A stretch of 33,419 nt of DNA from Candidatus Dormiibacterota bacterium (GTDB lineage Bacteria; Chloroflexota; Dormibacteria; Aeolococcales; Bog-877). This document shows positions 17,275 through 30,429 of this stretch, piece after piece. The stretch spans positions 1 to 33,419 of the forward strand of contig JASHRA010000239.1 in assembly GCA_030038765.1 (NCBI GenBank), given 5' to 3'. Below the pieces are notes generated by a model. That model made no database searches and was not told the DNA's origin. It saw only the letters and a list, made by a program, of their open reading frames with translations. The first letter of the stretch is position 1, and each line of letters opens with the position of its first letter. The position numbers and the translations under genes are program-made.

Positions 17275-18588
17275 TCAGTCGGGCGTCTGCTGTGGCCCGG
17301 CTGGGGGCGTCGGTACGTCCCTGGGACCGGCGCGGTAGCGCCAGAAGCGGGGCAGCAGGAGGCAGACGCCGACGCAGGAGACGACGCAGAGCGCCCCTCC
17401 GGAGATGATCGAGGTGCGCAGTCCGGCCAGGGCCTCGACCAGGCCCGCCTCGGCGTTGCCCAGGGCCGGCCCCGAGGCGTAGCTCAGCATCTCGATCCCG
17501 GCCAGGCGGCCGCGCAGGGAGTCGGGGATGGTGAGGTTCCACATGGCGGTGCGGAGCACGGCACTGGCCTCGTCCGCGAAGCCGGCCAGGACCAGGGCCA
17601 GCACCGCCAAGGGCAGGCTCCGGGCCAGCCCGAACCCGAGCACGCCGAGGCCCCAGACGGCGGCCGCCAGGGCCACGGCGCGGCCGTAGCGGCGCACGCT
17701 CGACATCCAGCCGCTGGTGAGGCTGAGGAGGAGGGCGCCGAAGGCTGGGGCGGCGTAGAGCACGCCCAGCACCGAGGCTCCGCCGAGCCCCTCCGCCACC
17801 TGGGGGAAGAGGGCCTCGGGCATGCCGAAGACCATGGCCCCCAGGTCGACCATGTAGGTGCCCAGCAGCTCCTGGCGGGAGAAGGCGTAGCGGAGCCCCT
17901 CGCCGATGGCCCGGAGCGAGACCGCGGCCCCGCCCCCCGGCGGGGGCGCGGCCCGCATCAGGCTGAGGGCCAGGAGCGAGCCGAGGAAGCTGGCGGCGTC
18001 GACGCCGTAGCTGGGGGCGAGCCCGAAGGCGGCCAGCAGCACCCCTGCCAGGGGCGGCCCCAGCACCTGGCCCAGGGTCCCCCCGGCGCTCTGGATGGCG
18101 CCCGCAGCGGCCAGCTCGCGGGGCTCCACCAGGCGCGGCAGGAGGGCGTCCAGGGAGGGTGTCTGGAGGCCGGAGAGCCCGGAGTCGAGGGCGGCGGCGA
18201 GGAAGAGGGGCCAGAGCCGGGGGCCCGGGGCCAGCGCGTTTACGACCAGTCCGACCGTCACCAGGGCCAGGCCCACCTCGGTCCAGAGCACCACCCGGCG
18301 CCGGTCCAGGGCATCGGCCAGGGCGCCGCCGAGGAAGGCGACCAGGAGCAGCGGTCCCAGCTCGGCCAGGCTCAGCAGCCCCACCATGAGGGAGGAGTGG
18401 GTCAGGTGATAGGTCTGGTAGGGGAGGGCGACGAACGTGAACGTGCTGCCCGCCCCGGAGACGCTCTGGCCCACGAAGAGGAGGCGGAAGTCGCGGTAGC
18501 GGCGCAGCGGTGAGAGGTCCATCCAGGCCAGCTGGCGCAGCCGCGTCCAGGGGCCGGGGAGCTGGAGCTGGGGCCCGACCGCGCTCAT
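17275..18588 (-). CDS. MFS transporter (EntS/MFS_3-like)
   Basis: 437 aa with about 12 hydrophobic segments. The N-terminus LRRYRDFRLLFVGQSVSGAGS and GALADALDRRRV are typical of this MFS subgroup. The start (18588 or an internal ATG near 18521) is uncertain. Confidence 0.8.
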   Translation of the reverse strand: MSAVGPQLQLPGPWTRLRQLAWMDLSPLRRYRDFRLLFVGQSVSGAGSTFTFVALPYQTYHLTHSSLMVGLLSLAELGPLLLVAFLGGALADALDRRRVVLWTEVGLALVTVGLVVNALAPGPRLWPLFLAAALDSGLSGLQTPSLDALLPRLVEPRELAAAGAIQSAGGTLGQVLGPPLAGVLLAAFGLAPSYGVDAASFLGSLLALSLMRAAPPPGGGAAVSLRAIGEGLRYAFSRQELLGTYMVDLGAMVFGMPEALFPQVAEGLGGASVLGVLYAAPAFGALLLSLTSGWMSSVRRYGRAVALAAAVWGLGVLGFGLARSLPLAVLALVLAGFADEASAVLRTAMWNLTIPDSLRGRLAGIEMLSYASGPALGNAEAGLVEALAGLRTSIISGGALCVVSCVGVCLLLPRFWRYRAGPRDVPTPPAGPQQTPD

Positions 18589-18644
18589 CCCGCCCCCTGC
18601 TCAGGGGCGCTGGTCGGGCGCCTCTCAGCCGGGATGGGCCGGTC

Positions 18645-19427
18645 TCAATCCCGCCTCAGCTCTCCGCTCTCGGCGTACTGGCGCAGCAGCTGGTTCCAGC
18701 CCTGCTCGCCGTCGAAGGTCGCCTGCAGACGCGCGGCCTCGCCCGGCCGCAGCCGCGATCCGCGGTGCTCCAGGCGCACCAGCGTGGACCGCTCCGAGGT
18801 GGGCAGGAAGGCGACCACGATCTCCGTGTAGTTCTGCGGCTCGCGCCGCCAGCCGCTGCCCACGTTCCATCCCAGGACCAGGCGCCGGGGAGGGTCCCAC
18901 ATCAGGACCTGGCCCCAGGACGTCTCGGTGCCGTCGTCGCCGCGCTCGTACCAGCGCCCTCCCGCGCCCGGCTCCAGGACCAGGTCGACGGCCGCCGCCG
19001 TGCCCAGGTGGTGGGTCCCGAGCGGCCACCACCCGCCCATGGCGGCGGCGAAGAGCTCAAAGGCGTCGGCCTGGGGCCGGCCCACGTCGACCTCGCGCCG
19101 GACCACGAAGCGGGGCGGGGCGGAGCCGCGCGGAACCGGGATGCCCGAGACCTCGGCGGCGCCCAGGCGGGCCACCCGGTCGAGGAAGTCCCGGAGCGCC
19201 AGGACGCGCTCCAGGTCGACGCTGTAGGCGGTCTCCTGGCCCCCGCCCTCGGTGCGCACCAGCCCGGTGCCCGAGAGCTGGACCAGGAGGTCGTCCAGGA
19301 TCGCGGGCGGGGCGGAGAGGGCGCTGGCAAGGGCGGCAGCGGTGCCGGGCCGGCGGGCCAGCTCCTCCAGCACCCGCCGCCGACGGGGATCGACGAGGGA
19401 CTCGAGGGCGCTCCTCTCGGTCGGCAT
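18645..19427 (-). CDS. ArsR-family winged-helix regulator fused to an SRPBCC (Aha1/START-like) domain
   Basis: I chose the ATG at 19427 (MPTERSALESLVDPRRRRVLEELARRPGTAAALASALSAPPAILDDLLVQLSGTGLVRTE..), which is ArsR-like. The C-terminal half (RREVDVGRPQADAFELFAAAMGGWWP...GGRWYERGDDGTETSWGQVLMWDPPRRLVLGW...) is typical of SRPBCC/AHSA1. The upstream 100 codons of track ORF 18645..19730 look non-coding. Confidence 0.8.
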   Translation of the reverse strand: MPTERSALESLVDPRRRRVLEELARRPGTAAALASALSAPPAILDDLLVQLSGTGLVRTEGGGQETAYSVDLERVLALRDFLDRVARLGAAEVSGIPVPRGSAPPRFVVRREVDVGRPQADAFELFAAAMGGWWPLGTHHLGTAAAVDLVLEPGAGGRWYERGDDGTETSWGQVLMWDPPRRLVLGWNVGSGWRREPQNYTEIVVAFLPTSERSTLVRLEHRGSRLRPGEAARLQATFDGEQGWNQLLRQYAESGELRRD

Positions 19428-19746
19428 CGGCGTAACTATGAACCCACGCGCCCACCCCTGGGGGGTCTCCGCGACGGGGACGCGGCCCACCCGGAGGGGG
19501 CAGATCTCGGGCGCTCCCGGCCCTGGTGTCCTGGCGGCGACCTCCCGTTCGTCGTCCACCTGTAGGCAGCGGACGCGCAAGGGACGGGTGACATGTTCAA
19601 GCGAATTCGACCGGGGGAGCGCGAACGGCGGGCCCTCGCCCAGGGCGGGGACCGGGCGCCCGAGGGGGCGCTTCGGATCGACCAGCGCGCGCAGGCGCGG
19701 TGCCCACGACCGATCATCCACCATGCCCACTGGAGGTGAGACCGAG

Positions 19747-20472
19747 GTGAACTACCTGCTCTTCATCTGCTCGGGAGGCGACTACTCTGCGGACGACGTC
19801 GAGCTCCTCCAGCGTGAGTGCCCGCGCTGGGTGGAGGAGATGGACGGCCGCGGCGTGAGGCTCCTGGGCCGGCAGCTCGACGACCCGGAAACGGCGGTGA
19901 CGGTGCGCGTGCGCGACGGTGAGACGCTGCTGAGCGACGGTCCCTTCGCCGAGAGCAAGGAGTTCGTCGCCGGCTTCGACGTCCTGCGGTGCCAGGACCT
20001 GGACGAGGCCATCGAGGTCGCGGCCAAGCACCCCGTGTCCTGGTTCCGGGAGATCGAGATCCGTCCCTTCAGGGAGGGACTGGAGGTGGGCGAGGAGGCG
20101 CTCGCCTTCGGCCGCGGCGAGGACGCGGGCGCCGACCCCTACTGTCTCATGCTGTGCCTGGACGGCATCCCGGCCGCGCCCGAGGTGGAGGAGTCGGTGA
20201 TGCGCGAGGGCCGGGCCTGGAGCGAGGACCTGAGGGCCCGGGGCGTGCAGGTCCTGGCCCACCCGCTGCAGCACAAGGACGCCGCCACCACGGTCCGCGT
20301 GCGCGGGGGCGAGACGCTGGTGAGCGACGGCCCCTTCGTCGAGACCAAGGAGTTCATCGGCGGGATCGCGTTCATCCGCTGCGCCGGGCGGCAAGCGGCC
20401 ATCGAGATCGCCGCGGCGCACCCGCTGGCGCGCCACCACATGGTCGAGGTGCGCCCGTTCCTGACCGAGTGA
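19747..20472 (+). CDS. YCII-related DGPF-domain protein with two tandem DGPF domains
   Basis: GTG at 19747 lies 10 nt after GGAGG (19732-19736); an alternative ATG is at 19723. Domain 1 reads NYLLFIC...TVRVRDGETLLSDGPFAESKEFVAGFDVL...AAKHP...IEIRPF. Domain 2 reads YCLMLCL...TVRVRGGETLVSDGPFVETKEFIGGIAFI...AAAHP...VEVRPF. Confidence 0.85.
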   Translation: MNYLLFICSGGDYSADDVELLQRECPRWVEEMDGRGVRLLGRQLDDPETAVTVRVRDGETLLSDGPFAESKEFVAGFDVLRCQDLDEAIEVAAKHPVSWFREIEIRPFREGLEVGEEALAFGRGEDAGADPYCLMLCLDGIPAAPEVEESVMREGRAWSEDLRARGVQVLAHPLQHKDAATTVRVRGGETLVSDGPFVETKEFIGGIAFIRCAGRQAAIEIAAAHPLARHHMVEVRPFLTE

Positions 20473-21743
20473 CCCCGGCCGGCGTCCAGGAGGCGGTCGA
20501 CGCTGCCTTCCGCGGGGAGTGGGGCCGTGTCCTGGCCACCCTGATCCGGCGGACCGGCGACTGGGACCTGGCCGAGGAGTGCGCCCAGGAGGCGTTCGCC
20601 GAGGCGCTGCGCCGCTGGCCCCTCGACGGCGTCCCGGAGCGCCCCGGCGCCTGGCTCTCGACGGTGGCGGGCAACCGCGCCATCGACCGGCTCCGGCGCC
20701 GGGTCCGGGAGCGGGAGCTGATGGACGCCGTGGGACGGGAGCAGATGACCGAGTCCGGGGCCGGTGAGGTGATCTCCGAGCCCCCGGAGGAGAGCGGGGA
20801 GATCCCCGACGACCGCCTGCGCCTGATCTTCACCTGCTGCCACCCCGCCCTCCCCATGGAGGGCCGGGTGGCACTGACGCTGCGCACCCTGGCCGGGCTC
20901 ACCACGGCCGAGATCTCGCGCGCCTTCCTCGTGCCCGAAGCCACCATGGCCAAGCGCCTGACCCGGACCAAGGCCAAGATCGCGGCCGCCGGCATCCCCT
21001 ATCGGGTGCCCCCGGCCCACCTCCTACCGGAGCGCCTGGCCGGGGTGCTGGCCGTGCTCTACCTCATGTTCAACGAGGGCTACTCCGCCTCCTCGGGGCC
21101 GGACCTGATCCGGGCCGGCCTTTGCGGGGAGGCGATCCGCCTGGCCCGCGGCCTGCGGCAGCTGATGCCGCAGGAGCCCGAGGTGACGGGGGCGCTGGCC
21201 CTGATGCTGCTGCACCACGCGCGCCTCGACGGGCGCGTGGGGGCGGAAGGCGAGCTGATACCGCTGGAGGAGCAGGACCGCGGGCGCTGGGACGCGGGCG
21301 AGATCGGGGAGGGACTCTCGCTCCTGGACGGGGCGCTGCGCCGGCGCGCGGTCGGGCCCTACCAGCTGCAGGCCGCCATCGCCGCCTGCCACGCGCGCGC
21401 GGCCCGGGCCGCGGACACCGACTGGCGCGAGATCGCGGGCCTCTACGCGCTGCTGGAGCGACTGATGCCGTCGCCGGTGGTCCTGCTCAACCGGGCCGTC
21501 GCGGTGGCCATGTCCGGCGACGTCGAGGCGGGACTGGCCCTGGTCGACGAGCTCAGCGCCGGTGGCCGGCTGGAGCGGTACCACCTGCTGGAGGCGACCC
21601 GTGCCGACCTCCTGCGGCGCCGTGGCGATCACCCAGCGGCCGCGGCCGCCTACGAGCGGGCCCTGGGGCTGGCGCCCTCTTCGGCGGAGCGCCTCTACCT
21701 GCTGCGGAGGCTGAGGGAGGTCAGGGACGCGGAGCAGCCGTGA
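20469..21743 (+). CDS. ECF-type sigma-70 factor with a long C-terminal TPR-like extension (ECF42/COG4941-like)
   Basis: GTG at 20469 overlaps the DGPF stop (GTGA 20469-20472). Region 2 (AQEAFAEALRRWP...PGAWLSTVAGNRAIDRLRR) and region 4 (ALTLRTLAGLTTAEISRAFLVPEATMAKRLTRTKAKI) are present. They are followed by about 230 aa (LYLMFNEGY...GPYQLQAAIAACH...YHLLEATRADLLRRRG). Confidence 0.9.
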   Translation: MTPAGVQEAVDAAFRGEWGRVLATLIRRTGDWDLAEECAQEAFAEALRRWPLDGVPERPGAWLSTVAGNRAIDRLRRRVRERELMDAVGREQMTESGAGEVISEPPEESGEIPDDRLRLIFTCCHPALPMEGRVALTLRTLAGLTTAEISRAFLVPEATMAKRLTRTKAKIAAAGIPYRVPPAHLLPERLAGVLAVLYLMFNEGYSASSGPDLIRAGLCGEAIRLARGLRQLMPQEPEVTGALALMLLHHARLDGRVGAEGELIPLEEQDRGRWDAGEIGEGLSLLDGALRRRAVGPYQLQAAIAACHARAARAADTDWREIAGLYALLERLMPSPVVLLNRAVAVAMSGDVEAGLALVDELSAGGRLERYHLLEATRADLLRRRGDHPAAAAAYERALGLAPSSAERLYLLRRLREVRDAEQP

Positions 21744-21944
21744 GCGATATGCCACGCTGAGTCACCGGCGCTCCCGGGTCACTCTGTCCCCACAGCGCAG
21801 GATCGCCTATCCGCCAAGGCCCAAGCGCGCTGCAGCACTCGGCTCGTTGGAGTGGCTACCTCGGCTGGCACGCCGTCACGTCCAGCGCTGCATCTCGGCA
21901 GATGCTCGGTGAATCTAGGCCCGCTGTAGCGAGCCGAAGCTCCG

Positions 21945-22004
21945 CACACAAAGTTCCCCCGAATTGTGTGTATCCGGATCACCAAGTTCCCCCGAACTTT
22001 GTGT
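21945..22004. repeat. Two copies of a palindromic ~25-nt element (core AAGTTCCCCCGAA) 33 nt apart
   Basis: Copy 1 (21945-21970) is CACACAA-AGTTCCCCCGAA-TTGTGTG, with a 7-bp inverted arm. Copy 2 (21980-22004) contains the perfect 6-4-6 palindrome AAGTTC-CCCC-GAACTT (21984-21999). The cores start at 21951 and 21984. This is the most AT-rich spot in the window and lies between two convergent gene ends. Confidence 0.7.
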
Positions 22005-22307
22005 CAGGTCCGCCATGACTCGGATGGGCCGGGGCGCGTTCAACTCGCTGAGGGCCTGGAGGGACGACCTGGGCGCTAGGGTCACGGACGCCTAGGTTGC
22101 CGGTGGGGGGCAGCCCGTGCCGGCACCAGGTGCTTCCGGTGGCTGAGTTGCCGCCTCTCTGCCCTTGTCTCCGGCAAGAAGCCGTCGGAAGCCTCCCTTA
22201 CGGAGTCGATTCCTCAACCGAGGGGCGGCGGTACGAGGCCGGTGACGAGCGCCCTCCTCACCCCGTGGGCCCGGACACTTCTGGTGCCAGTGCGGGAATG
22301 CCTGCCC

Positions 22308-23252
22308 TCAGGCTGTTCCGGCTTCCTCCGGGCCGCGCCAGCGCAGGTCGGACCAGCGGCCCAAGCCCTGCGAGCGGGCGAATTCCAGGCAGCCCTCCAG
22401 CACCTTCCGGCTGGCGCTGGGGTCCGAGAAGTTGGCGGTCCCCACCTGGACCGCGTCGGCGCCCGCCACCAGGTACTCCAGCGCATCCTCGGCCGAGGCC
22501 ACGCCGCCGATGCCGAGGATGGGGATGGTGAGGACGCGGCGCAGCCGGGCCACCGCTGCCAGCGCCATGGGCTTGATGGCGGGGCCGCTGAGCCCGGCGG
22601 TGCCGGCGCCGGGCAGCACCGGGCGGCGCCGGCGCAGCGAGATCTTCATCCCGAGGTAGGTGTTGACCGCCGACACGGCGTCCGCGCCCGCGTCCTCCAC
22701 CGCGTGCCCGATCTCGGCGATGTCGGTGACGTTGGGGCTCAGCTTGACCACGAGGGGCAGCTCGGTAGCGGCGCGGGCGGCGGCGGTGCAGCGCGCCGCC
22801 GCCCCCGGCTCGGTGCCGAAGTCGAGGCCGTGGGCGATGTTGGGGCAGGAGATGTTGAGCTCGAAGCCGGCCACGCCCGGGAGCCGGTCCAGACGGGAGA
22901 CGACCCGGACGTACTCCTCGACGCTGGCCCCGGCCACGTTGACCAGCACCGGCACCGGCCAGTCCGCCCAGCGCGGCGCGTACTCCCGGGCGACCAGCTC
23001 CACGCCCGGGTTCTGGAGCCCGATGCTGTTCAGCATCCCGGAGCTGGTCTCGGCGATGCGGGGCGGGCGGTTGCCCGGGCGGGGCTCCACCGTGGTCCCC
23101 TTGGAGAAGATCGCCCCCAGGTGGTCGATCTGGCCCATGGCCTCGGCCTCGAGGCCGAAGCCGAAGGTGCCCGAGGCGACCGCCACCGGGTTGCGCAGGA
23201 CCAGCCCCCGGCCGATCGGGACGCTGGGGTCGAAGTCCGGGGGGGAGCTCAC
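22308..23252 (-). CDS. pyrD: Dihydroorotate dehydrogenase, class 1B catalytic subunit
   Basis: 314 aa. It carries NPVAVASGTFGFG, GAIFSKGTT..PR.GN..PR, MLNSIGLQNPG, ELNISCPN (catalytic Cys) and IGGV. The GTG at 23252 overlaps the pyrK stop (GTGA). Confidence 0.95.
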   Translation of the reverse strand: MSSPPDFDPSVPIGRGLVLRNPVAVASGTFGFGLEAEAMGQIDHLGAIFSKGTTVEPRPGNRPPRIAETSSGMLNSIGLQNPGVELVAREYAPRWADWPVPVLVNVAGASVEEYVRVVSRLDRLPGVAGFELNISCPNIAHGLDFGTEPGAAARCTAAARAATELPLVVKLSPNVTDIAEIGHAVEDAGADAVSAVNTYLGMKISLRRRRPVLPGAGTAGLSGPAIKPMALAAVARLRRVLTIPILGIGGVASAEDALEYLVAGADAVQVGTANFSDPSASRKVLEGCLEFARSQGLGRWSDLRWRGPEEAGTA

Positions 23253-24102
23253 TCCAGGTGGGCCGGCTGCCGCCGCAGCCGCTCCCAGTCCAGGCTCCCG
23301 GCGGGGAAGACCGGGCCCTGGCGGCAGCAGAGCGCGTAGCCCGCGCCCTCGGAGGGGAGCGGCACGGCGCAGCCCAGGCAGGTGCCGAAGCCACAGCCCA
23401 TGGGGGCCTCGATGGAGACCTCGAGGCGGCCCGCGGCGGAGCCGGACGAGAGCCGCTCCCAGAGCGCCGCCAGCATCGGGTTGGGCCCGCAGGCGTAGAC
23501 GCGGTGGAACTGCGAGAGCTCGGCCGGCAGCGCCTCGGTGACCCTGGCCGCCCGGCCCAGGGAGCCGTCCTCGGTCACCTGGGAGCGGGCCGCCAGCCCC
23601 GGTGGCAGCAGCTCCGGGGGGTAGAGCTGGGCCGGGCTCCTGGCCCCGTTGAGCCAGACCACGGCCTCCCCCCGGCCCAGCAGCCAGTCGGCGAGGAGGG
23701 GGAAGGGGGCGGCGCCCAGGCCGCCGGCCAGGAGCAGCGAGCGGCCCGGCTCCTGGGGCAGGCTGAAGCCCCGGCCCAGCGGCCCCAGCAGGCGCACCGG
23801 CTCACCCTCGCGCAGGCGGCGCAGGCGGCGCGTGACCCGGCCCACGGCGCCGATGTAGAAGGAGACCGTGCCCCGCTCCGGGTCGGCGCGGCTGAAGGAG
23901 AAGGGGCGGCGCAGGTGGTCCGGGCCGGTCCAGATCTGGGCGAACTCCCCGGGCCGGGCCCTCCGGGCCATCTCCGGGGCCCAGAAGCTGACCTCGAAGA
24001 GGTCCTCCTCCAGCGCCAGCAGCCGGGTGCACTCGGCCTCCAGGTCCAGGGCCCGCTCCAGCTCGCTGGCGCCCAGCGCCGCCGCCTCCGCCTGGGCCAC
24101 TG

Positions 24103-24106
<4 letters not shown>
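23249..24106 (-). CDS. pyrK: Dihydroorotate dehydrogenase electron-transfer subunit (FAD/2Fe-2S)
   Basis: This is the last 285 codons of the 1679-aa track ORF. The GTG at 24106 overlaps the carAB stop (GTGA 24103-24106). It carries RRPFS (FAD binding), LLLAGGLGAAP, YACGP and a C-terminal cluster motif MGCGFGTCLGCAV...ALCC. Confidence 0.9.
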
Positions 24107-28546
<4,440 letters not shown>

Positions 28547-28554
<8 letters not shown>

Positions 28555-29854
28555 GGGCCAGCTCTGGGACCAGCTCCGGGTTGAGGTGGACCATCCGCCC
28601 CCGCGAGAAGGTGCTGAGGACGCAGCCGCGCAGCGTCTCGCCCCAGAAGGGCGTGTTGGTGCTGAGCGAGAGCCAGTTGCTGGCGTCCGGGGTCCAGTGG
28701 CAGGCGGGGTCGAACCAGGTCAGCGAGGCCGGCTCGCCGGTGCGCAGCCCCTCCCCCCCGGTCTCCCGGCCGGGCTCTCCCAGGACCCGCCGGGGCCCCG
28801 CGCTGAGCGCCTCCACCAGGCGCGGGAGGTGGGCCCCGGCGCCCCCCTGCCCGAGCACCGCGGAGAGCACCAGCTGGACCCCGCTGAAGCCGGGGGCGCG
28901 CTCCTCGGCGGGGGCCAGCTCGTGGGGGGCGTGGTCGCTGGCGAGGGCGTCGATGGTGCCGTCCAGCAGCGCCTCCCAGAGGGCGGTGCGGTCCGCCTCG
29001 GTGCGCAGCGGGGGGTTGCAGCGGCTCACCGGCCTCCCCTTGGCCTCCAGCTCGGCGCCGCTCAGCATCAGGTGGTGGGGCGTGACCTCGGCCGTCACCG
29101 GTAGGCCCTCGGCCTTGGCCTGGCGCACCAGCTCGGCCCCCCGGGCGGTGCTGATGTGCTGGAGGTGGAGCCGGGCCTGGGGCACGATCCGGAGCGCCTG
29201 CAGGGCGCGCTCGATGGCGGAGAGCTCGGCGTCGGGCGGGCGCAGGTGCCAGCGCCCGGGGTCCTCGCCCTCCGGGTTGACCCGGGCCAGGAGCTGCTCG
29301 TCCTCGGGGTGCACCGCGACCGTCCGGCCCAGGTCCGCGGCCCGGCGCAGGACCCGCACCAGCACCTCCAGGCCGATGCCGTTGCGGCCGTCGTCGGAGA
29401 AGGCGACGGCGCCGGCTCGGGCCAGCTCCTCGAGCGGCGCCGGGCTGGCCCCCTCCAGGCCCTCGGTGCAGGCGCCCAGCTGCAGCACCGTGACCCGGGC
29501 GAAGGCCTTGGCCTCGCGCTGGGCGGCCCGGAAGCGCTCCACCGTGTCCACCGGCGGGACCAGGTTGGCCATGGCGCAGACGGCGCCGAAGCCGCCCGCG
29601 GCGGCGGCCGCCGTGGCCCGCCCGACCCGCTCCTTCCAGGGCTGGCCGGGATCCCGGAGGTGGCAGTGGAGGTCCAGGAAGGCGGGCGAGACGACCGAGC
29701 CGGGACGGCGCACCGCGACCGTCTCCGGGCTCGCCTCCAGCCCGCTCCCCAGCTCCGCCAGCACCCCGTCCCGGAGCAGGACGTCGCAGCTCTCCCGGTC
29801 CACCCGGTTGATGGGGTCGATGAGGCGGACGTCCTGGATCAGGATCTGGCTCAC
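28547..29854 (-). CDS. pyrC: Dihydroorotase
   Basis: I chose the GTG at 29854, which overlaps the pyrR stop (GTGA 29851-29854) and gives VSQILIQDVRLIDP...PAFLDLHCHLRDPG...HISTA...ASDHAPH. The 17 extra N-terminal codons in the track ORF are unnecessary. The 3' end overlaps the carAB start by 8 nt. Confidence 0.93.
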
Positions 29855-30429
29855 GGCGCGGACGGCCCCTGGTGACGGAGCCAGACCGAATCTCCCCCGT
29901 CGCATTCCGAGAGTCTCACCAGGACCCGCTCGCCGGCGGCGGTGGGGAGATTGCGGCCCACGTAGGTGGCGCGCAGGGGGAGCTCGCGGTGGCCGCGGTC
30001 GACCAGCACCAGCAGCTCCACCGAGCGGGGCCGTCCCAGGTCGGCCAGGGCGGCCAGCGCGGCCCTCGCCGTGCGTCCGTGGAAGAGCACGTCGTCGACC
30101 AGCACCAGCTCCCGCTCGGCCACCGCGCCGGGCCCGGCCGGGGGCAGGGGGAAGCGCTCGGCGAGCCCGCCCTGGGGGCGCGGCCCGTCGTCCCGGTAGG
30201 GGCCGGTGTCGAGCGTGACCGCGGACCAGCCGAGGGCGCCCTGGAGCTCCAGCAGGGCGAGCAGGCGGGCGGCCAGGTAGGCACCCCTGGTGACGATGCC
30301 GCAGAGCACGGCCGGCTCCTCCGGGTGGTGCTCGCGGAGCTCCCGGGCCAGCCGCCAGAGGGTCCGCCCCATCTCCTCGGCCGAGATCAGCTCGCGCTCC
30401 CGGCCCGGGGCCAGCTGCCCTGTGCTCAC
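29851..30429 (-). CDS. pyrR: PyrR, pyrimidine operon regulator / uracil phosphoribosyltransferase
   Basis: 192 aa with the PRTase motif ELVLVDDVLFHGRTARAAL, GIVTRGAYLA and VLVDRGHRELPLRATYVGRNLPT. The GTG at 30429 overlaps the pyrB stop (GTGA). Confidence 0.93.
   Translation of the reverse strand: MSTGQLAPGRERELISAEEMGRTLWRLARELREHHPEEPAVLCGIVTRGAYLAARLLALLELQGALGWSAVTLDTGPYRDDGPRPQGGLAERFPLPPAGPGAVAERELVLVDDVLFHGRTARAALAALADLGRPRSVELLVLVDRGHRELPLRATYVGRNLPTAAGERVLVRLSECDGGDSVWLRHQGPSAP

Noticed and set aside
16234-18513. 759-aa + strand ORF across the MBL and MFS genes
   Set aside because: It has a shadow-frame composition (G/A/R/P/E runs). The opposite strand encodes an HxHxDH hydrolase and a 12-helix transporter.
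19428-19746. ECF42-type promoter upstream of the DGPF gene
   Set aside because: I found TCGAC-like strings, but none with convincing -35/-10 spacing by eye. A PWM scan is needed.
21779-21985. 68-aa - strand ORF in the sigma/pyrD gap
   Set aside because: It has no RBS, an odd composition, and spans the palindromic repeats. It is more likely non-coding.
22015-22095. 26-codon ORF (MTRMGRGAFNSLRAWRDDLGARVTDA) just downstream of the palindromic repeats
   Set aside because: It has no Shine-Dalgarno sequence, is very short, and has no recognisable similarity. It is kept only as a note under the intergenic-gap finding.
22097-22531. 144-aa + strand ORF starting in the gap and running antisense into pyrD
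   Set aside because: It has a TTG start without an RBS and a Pro/Arg/Gly-rich composition, and it overlaps the well-supported pyrD frame.
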